From positions 1-37,899 of the forward strand of contig JAUCBJ010000560.1 of the NCBI GenBank assembly GCA_032718475.1: a DNA stretch of 37,899 nucleotides, in the 5' to 3' direction. The notes under the pieces are model-generated. The model did no database searches, had not been told where the DNA came from, and worked only from the letters and a program-made list of their open reading frames with translations. A program made the translations under genes and the position numbers. Shown here one piece after another: positions 31,665 to 37,899 of this stretch (position 1 is the first letter of the stretch; every line of letters begins with the position of its first letter). The stretch is from Nemertoderma westbladi (lineage: Eukaryota > Animalia > Xenacoelomorpha).

Positions 31665-33958
31665 CAGGGCATCAGCTGAGTAACACGGCCAAAGGTAGTG
31701 TTGTATATTACCGGTCAGTGTTATTCAGTCACTCAGTTATCTCAGTACAGTCATGGCAGTACGGTGACAGTTTAAGACCGTCACCGCCGTCACCCATATT
31801 ACCGGTCTATTAACATATAACCAGTTGCTATCTGCTATTGTATTTACATCTGTACATCACATATATATCTATATTATTAAGAACGTCGGAACAACAAATT
31901 CCTTTTCCATCACACGGTGCGGCTGACGCGTACATAAACAACACCGGTCGGGATTCTCGGATCCCGTCACAGTTATACGTATTCAGATGAGTTCGATAAA
32001 TCTTCCGACCAATCTCGAACCTCTAGAAATGGAAGACGTTTAGAACGAGCCGAGTGACATCGACCTCCAGAAATGCCACCAGTACATCGTGCTGAATCTG
32101 TCAAAAATGCTCAAAAATCCAAAATGTTAGGACTGATTCTGATAGTGACTTTTTCAAACCAATAAGTGCCCCTTTTACGGCTCCAAATATTGTCCCACCA
32201 ATATTAATAAACCCCCTCAGGCCGAATGTAACATCTGTGGCCACAGAGACCCAAACCAAAATTACATCTATTGGCATTTCTACAACTACAGTAGGCAGTA
32301 ATCAGGCAGATACAGTAGCGTACAGCCTAAATCTTCTACAGTATTTAGGGACAGAATAGTTAGAAACAGTACGCCCAAAACAGGCGCAACAAATCCCAGT
32401 AATTACGTCCAGTACTTCCAAAGCCCACCAATTAAACACTGATACCCTGGGCCCAAGCCTGTCCCCCATTACTGACTCCCATGAAGGACATTATGCCGCC
32501 TCAAGGCCGGTCGTGTCCGGATTGGTCAAGACGGTACGGGACAGCAGGCCCTCCAGGGTGTTGGGCAAGGATGCCCAATTAATTAAATGAGGATTCCCTT
32601 TACAGGGAACGACTGAATGAATCCTCATTGAACCTGGAGGCCATGCAGGGGGCAGTAAATAACAAAATGAAACAATTGGGCAATATCGATTTTTAATTAA
32701 ATCGATTAAATAAACAACGATAGATAGTGAGCGAACAAAATCAGCATGCGTTGGAAAGGCAGCCACAGCAGCGGCAACAACTACAGCAGCACTTAAAACA
32801 GCTACACGACGAAGCCACCAGCAACGAGCAATCACGAATTACGCAGTGCCGACGTTTGCAGGAGTTGCAGGGCGAATCTGTACAAGCCGCCAAGGTTCTG
32901 GAGGAGCTACTGTACACCAAAAGCTGGCTAATTCTCTGGACCTCTTGGCCTCGAACAACGCTAATGTGATCAGAAACCCTGACTCACCTGAGTATCAGAT
33001 CTTAAAGAGAGCCTCTAACATCAACGGCGTTGAAGCTGAGAATATGTCACGCCCTTCTATCTCACACAATGTTAGAAACCCTGACTATAACATGGGTGCA
33101 CAAAATATAATAAGCTTTTTTTTTTCTAGTTTATTTGCTTTTTATGCTTGTAGAATATTATGCTTCCTTATTTTTTGCTTATTAACATTTTATTACCAGT
33201 ACCGGCAGGCCTTTATATTCCATATTATACTGTACTTACTACCAGCCCTACCAAAAAACAAAACAACGAATTAAAATTTGAAATTGCCGCTTAATTTTGT
33301 TATGAGGACGAGTACTGAACATGTAATGGGTGTGTCAGCTATCAGACTGACATGTTTAGGTGGCCATAGAGCTACTAATGTAGTACTTCGTGGCATAACA
33401 CCTAGGCCATTACATAATCAGGTACAGTAGGTGTGACCTAACTGTTATGCCATAGTCTTGAAAGGGTTTTATTAAAGTTTTTCCGCAAATATCATAAATT
33501 CTGTATGGGGTGATAAAATTTTTTTTGTTGTTTGAAATATAAACAAAACAAACAAAAAAACATATCACTCTTACTGCGTGGGGTTAAACTGTCTCCTAAA
33601 GGCTCACATTTTGTTGCTCGCCCAAATGAAATAGCTAAGAATTACATTATCCGTTGATTACATTGTTTGCTAACTTATTCTCATCTATACATTTAAATCA
33701 ACTTATCTGCAGCATGTTAATGAATGTGTGCGCCGTCGCATACAGTAGTTATCAAACATTAGATGCTACTGTAATTGATTGTTTTTGGCGTTTATTCATG
33801 ACTACATTATTCATTAGGCGAACTATACCTTAGGTGGTCTAACAATATAACACATAATAACTCAGTATATTTTTTACATGCTATATATCTCTATAAAGTC
33901 GGGAATAATAAAGAATAACATCAAAGATCTTTTACATGTAATATAATTTATTCCAAAA

Positions 33959-34048
33959 AATGCTTAAATTAATTATTAACGCTTAAATTAATTGTTAATG
34001 CTTAAATTAATTATTAATGCTTAAATTAATTATTAATGCTTAAATTAA
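33959..34048. repeat. 19-bp AT-rich minisatellite, ~4.7 copies
   Basis: Unit AATGCTTAAATTAATTATT. Confidence 0.9.
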
Positions 34049-34787
34049 AGAAAATGAATTATAAAAAATGAAATTCCCTGTCAATAATAAATTGTAACGC
34101 GACAAAGTTTTCTTTTAAGTTGTTAAACTTAGGTGAATATAACGGAACATTAAATGTTACATTCCACTTAGTATCAGCTAAGATCGCCAACAACACAACT
34201 TCTCAAAAATATTTCTCATTTAAACTGGGTCGAGATTGGAAAGTATCCTCTATTAATGAAGAATTAGCCAAGGGTACAGCGATAATTATATATTAGTATC
34301 ATTATTAGGCCTACCGAACCGAAATTTTAGTATCATAAATGACTCTGATACTGTAGGTTATCTATGTCTCCTCTTACCATAGAGAACGAGCAAACAACCG
34401 ACATGCAGCAACCGACTGTAGACAACCGGCAACAGTTAGCCGACAAAAGACAGCCTACAACCGACAGATAGCCATCTAACAGTTTCTGACTAGAGTTTTA
34501 CGTCTGTGACATCATGACCTACTTACTATAACACGATCTGGAATGCTGCTGCAGGCGCAAAATATTAGTTGGGTAACTTTCATCTTTAATAACTTTTTCA
34601 CACTTTATGTGCTGGTTACGAAAATTTCACCAATTATAGTTGGGTAAAATTCTTACCTTTAGAGAAATTTTTTTGGTGCCGATCATCATAGCAACCAGTA
34701 ATATCATCTGAATATAAATATTTACTTTGCGTTTTATACATCTGAAGATTATTCAGCTGTTGTAAATAATCTTAATAAATTCAATGA

Positions 34788-35057
34788 GACACCTCCAATG
34801 TTATATAGTGTCTGGTTGGAGATGGGTGCATTGTACTTGATACAATGAATCCGGCGTAGCATTCTTGTGAATGTGCCATCCAGAGATTTGGTGTCCTCAG
34901 CAGTTAGAGCCCAGCATGGACTCCCATAGAGGAGTACTGGAACTACTGCTGCTCTAAATAATATCTACTGCTGCTTAATTTTCCGATGAATTCGGTCTGA
35001 CTTCCAAATCCTGGAAAGCCTATTCAATGCAGACCATGCCTTTCCCTTGCTGACTTC
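34788..35057 (-). pseudogene. RTE-clade LINE fragment (region C-terminal to the RT core)
   Basis: Minus strand reads KGKAWSALNRLSRIWKS...LFRAAVVPVLLYGSPCWALTAEDTKSLDGTFTRMLRRI...ISNQTLY, with one stop. Confidence 0.8.
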
Positions 35058-35304
35058 CTGTACATACGCCCCTGGCTCGGCTGAACTCAATAGGTAAACC
35101 GAACTACTGTAGATCTTGAATTATTGATTGAATTTATGGGAGGGATATATCGTAAAATTTATACCAAGTACAGTCCCAATCCCAATAAACATTAACTTGG
35201 TCGTTTTGGCGGCCAAAATCACCAAAAAAAATGTAGTGTATTCCTATGGGCTACTTGGTCGTTTTGGCGAAGCGATTTAACTCGAATCAGCTCAATCCAG
35301 ACAG

Positions 35305-36554
35305 GGTAAACGGACAGGTTGTATCCAGACAAGTTGTATCCAATTTCCTATTCTTAGCTTACAAAAGGACATTTTGTATCCCGATTTTCGGACATGTTGT
35401 ATCCAACTTATTTACGTTGTAAATTAACTGTAATTCTATCCTATTGAATAATATAATTAACTAGGCGATCCATAATCATAATACTGTACATTATACGATT
35501 AATTAGCATTGTGTAATGGAGGTCAAACAAATGACACTGCATCATGAATATGTAGAGGAGGTCAAACAAATGACACTGCATCATGAATATCAACTGTAAA
35601 TCCATGTAGTAACAGTTTAATATTTTAGCGATCTCGATTGTATGTTCAATTTGTAAATTACATTTTAATTAATTAATTTTTAGTTATTGTACCAATACAT
35701 TCTTCCTTGTATCAAAAAAACTCCATGGCCGTGTATCAAAAAACTATACACGATAATTCTAAACTTTGCCATGATGGCAAAATGTATTCCAAACGGAAAA
35801 CCAACAAGGATGGGTCTGAAATGTGGGTTTGTTCCAAACGACCCCACTGTATTGGTTCCGTAAAGACATTGACTCCACACTCAACCGAAGTCATTACTAG
35901 TAATCCCCATAACTGTATCGATTCTCCGATTGTGGAATTGTCAGCATTCCGACAGAGAATAGCGGACCAGGCCTCATCATCCCATACCAAACCCACCCAA
36001 ATCTATTGTTCCTCACTTCGGGATCTTGATTCAAAGTTGCACACCAGTTTGCCGCAACGTTCATCACTGCTGCGGCAGATACGTCGTGTAAGATCACGCC
36101 ACCTTCCCCCGGATCCGAAATCACTAAAGGAACTCTCATTCCATGGTGACTCCATCATAGATTTTATAACTTCAGATAATGGAGGAAAGTTCCTCCAATA
36201 TGACAATGGTGTCAATGCTGATGAGAGAATTGTATGAAATGGACAAGGACTTCAAATAACTCCGTGTAACATTTTGGCTAATAACTTTGTGTAACGTTTT
36301 AGTTTAGTTTTAGTAACAATGTTATCATGTATTATTATGTGTATTGTATATTATGTTTATTAACTACAGTATTAATGCAAATTATAAGAATAGTTTATAA
36401 TTCAACTGTGAAATTATTTAGCAATTTTTTTATGCCGGGATACAACTTGTCCTTTTTTTTGGAAGACAAGTTGTATCCAGTAAAATTGGATACAAGATGT
36501 CTGGATACAACTTGTCTGGATACAACTTGTCTGGAGACAACTTGTCCTGTAACC
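35305..36554 (+). mobile_element. Internally deleted Mutator-like element (MULE)
   Basis: Ends GGTAAACGGACA / TGTCCTGTAACC; 8-bp TSD CCAGACAG at 35297-35304 and 36555-36562; inverted arrays of GACAAGTTGTATCC. Confidence 0.85.
35707..36237 (+). pseudogene. FLYWCH zinc finger and N-terminal part of a MULE transposase, truncated before the DDE core
   Basis: LCHDGKMY...WVCSKRPHC...HNC, then RQIRRVR..PPDPKSL..GGKFLQYDNG..RIV-stop. Confidence 0.8.
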
Positions 36555-36764
36555 CCAGACAGTCTGTCTCCTTGGCCATCCATTTGGTGGATCTGACTAA
36601 ATGTCGGCTCGCTTTCATTTTTATTATTGATAGATTGTTAACTTACCCGGCGCTAAGCCTTGCAGTACTGGAGTTCGCCCACTGAGGCATTGATAGAGTA
36701 CACAGTCTTATAAAATGAGTTGAATGGGGCTTCGTTAAAGGAGGAGTATGTATAATAATCTGAA

Positions 36765-36868
36765 CGTCCCGAAATTAACTTATGGACGTCCCGAAATTAA
36801 CTTATGGACGTCCCGAAATTAACTTATGGACGTCCCGAAATTAATTTATGGACGTCCCGAAATTAATC
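36765..36868. repeat. 22-bp minisatellite, 5 copies, with inverted degenerate copies near 36915-36955
   Basis: Unit CGTCCCGAAATTAACTTATGGA. Confidence 0.9.
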
Positions 36869-37015
36869 TATCAACCAATCAGATTCGTAATGAAATAACT
36901 AATTAATGGACGCCCATAAATTAATTCCGGGATGTTAATTTCGGAAATTAATTTCAATAATATTTTTTTTTAATAATAATTTTTTTAAATATTTTTTTAC
37001 AATATAATTCGCGGT

Positions 37016-37516
37016 CACTGCGGGGTGACTACAAAACAAAGACTCAATTATAAAGACCTGCATAATCTTGTTACATGTGTTAACTTTCGTTAATTGTTTT
37101 GAATCCCCCGTCACGCCTCTGTAACTTGCTCCTTTACTAATCTGCTCCTTTAAATAGCAATGGTACATAACGCTCATTGTGACCTGTACAAAACAAAGAG
37201 GTAAAGTCGCGTTACGTCCCAAAGAGCGTTAGGTTCCAAAGAGCTTTAGGTCCCATTGCCAGAGAGCGTGAGGTCACATTGCCATGTAAAGGAGCAGGTT
37301 AGTAAAGAAGCAGGTTACAGAGGCGTGTTGGGGAACCAAAACAATAAACAATTATACAATACAATTATATTATCATTATTATAATCATTATAATTAATTA
37401 TTATTATTATATCAATTATACAATTATACAATAAACAGTTAACACATGTGTTTCGTATTTGTACAGGTCTTTATTATTTGGGTCGTTGGTGTTTCTTTTG
37501 TAGTCACCCGACACTG
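37016..37516. mobile_element. Foldback/palindromic MITE-like element
   Basis: GGGTGACTACAAAA/TTTTGTAGTCACCC, TAAAGACCTG/CAGGTCTTTA, ACGCCTCTGTAAC/GTTACAGAGGCGT, CTGCTCCTTTA/TAAAGGAGCAG. AT-rich insert in the right arm; no clear TSD. Confidence 0.65.
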
Positions 37517-37899
37517 TGGTGTTGCGTGGGGGCCACCAATCCACCCACACTCAACTCCCAACTTCCTGGACACTAGGAGGATACTGAGTGAAAGCGTCTG
37601 AAACTACTACAGGAACTCCATGACAGACTATGGGCTAGCGACTAGGGACTGGCGCCCTTGAACATGTAAACTGTAGTACCTACTGTACCACCTACCTTAA
37701 AGTGACCTGTGGCTGTGGGACCAGCCCATTATTAGTGAGGTCGGCATTTCCCTTTATCCTGCCGCTCTCTTTGTATTACAATAGCATACAGCTAACCAAT
37801 GGCAATGGTCTACCCCCAGTGCGGGAAAGACAAGCTGGCTACCATTGAAATGAATAGGGGAAGGATAATATGGTGTGTTCGTGTTCCCATCCTAATGTC

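Noticed and set aside
31699-31896. Short LTR (TGTTGT...ACAACA)
   Set aside because: No second copy, TSD or PBS in the window; cannot be supported.

Overview
Eukaryotic (probably invertebrate animal) genomic DNA made almost entirely of nested transposable elements; no host gene is recognisable. From left to right: (1) a decayed, intron-containing Zator-type transposase cut off at ~1962. (2) A ~9.3 kb non-LTR retrotransposon (APE+RT ORF2) whose giant ORF1 carries a Ser/Thr/Pro/Gly tandem repeat, a Ulp1/SENP-type cysteine protease, a coiled coil and an RRM. (3) A very large, young BEL/Pao LTR retrotransposon (11227-31592, LTRs ~99% identical). Its gag is split by a long-TIR P element, which itself holds a non-autonomous hAT. 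(4) An RTE fragment, a deleted MULE, minisatellites and a foldback element. The most striking observation is that the BEL/Pao element has no tRNA primer-binding site. Instead, the 14 nt immediately after the 5' LTR are the exact reverse complement of a 14-mer inside the LTR, the signature of Tf1-like self-primed reverse transcription. The same element has duplicated, covarying RNA structures in both untranslated regions and a decayed accessory ORF. All alignments and foldings were done by eye.
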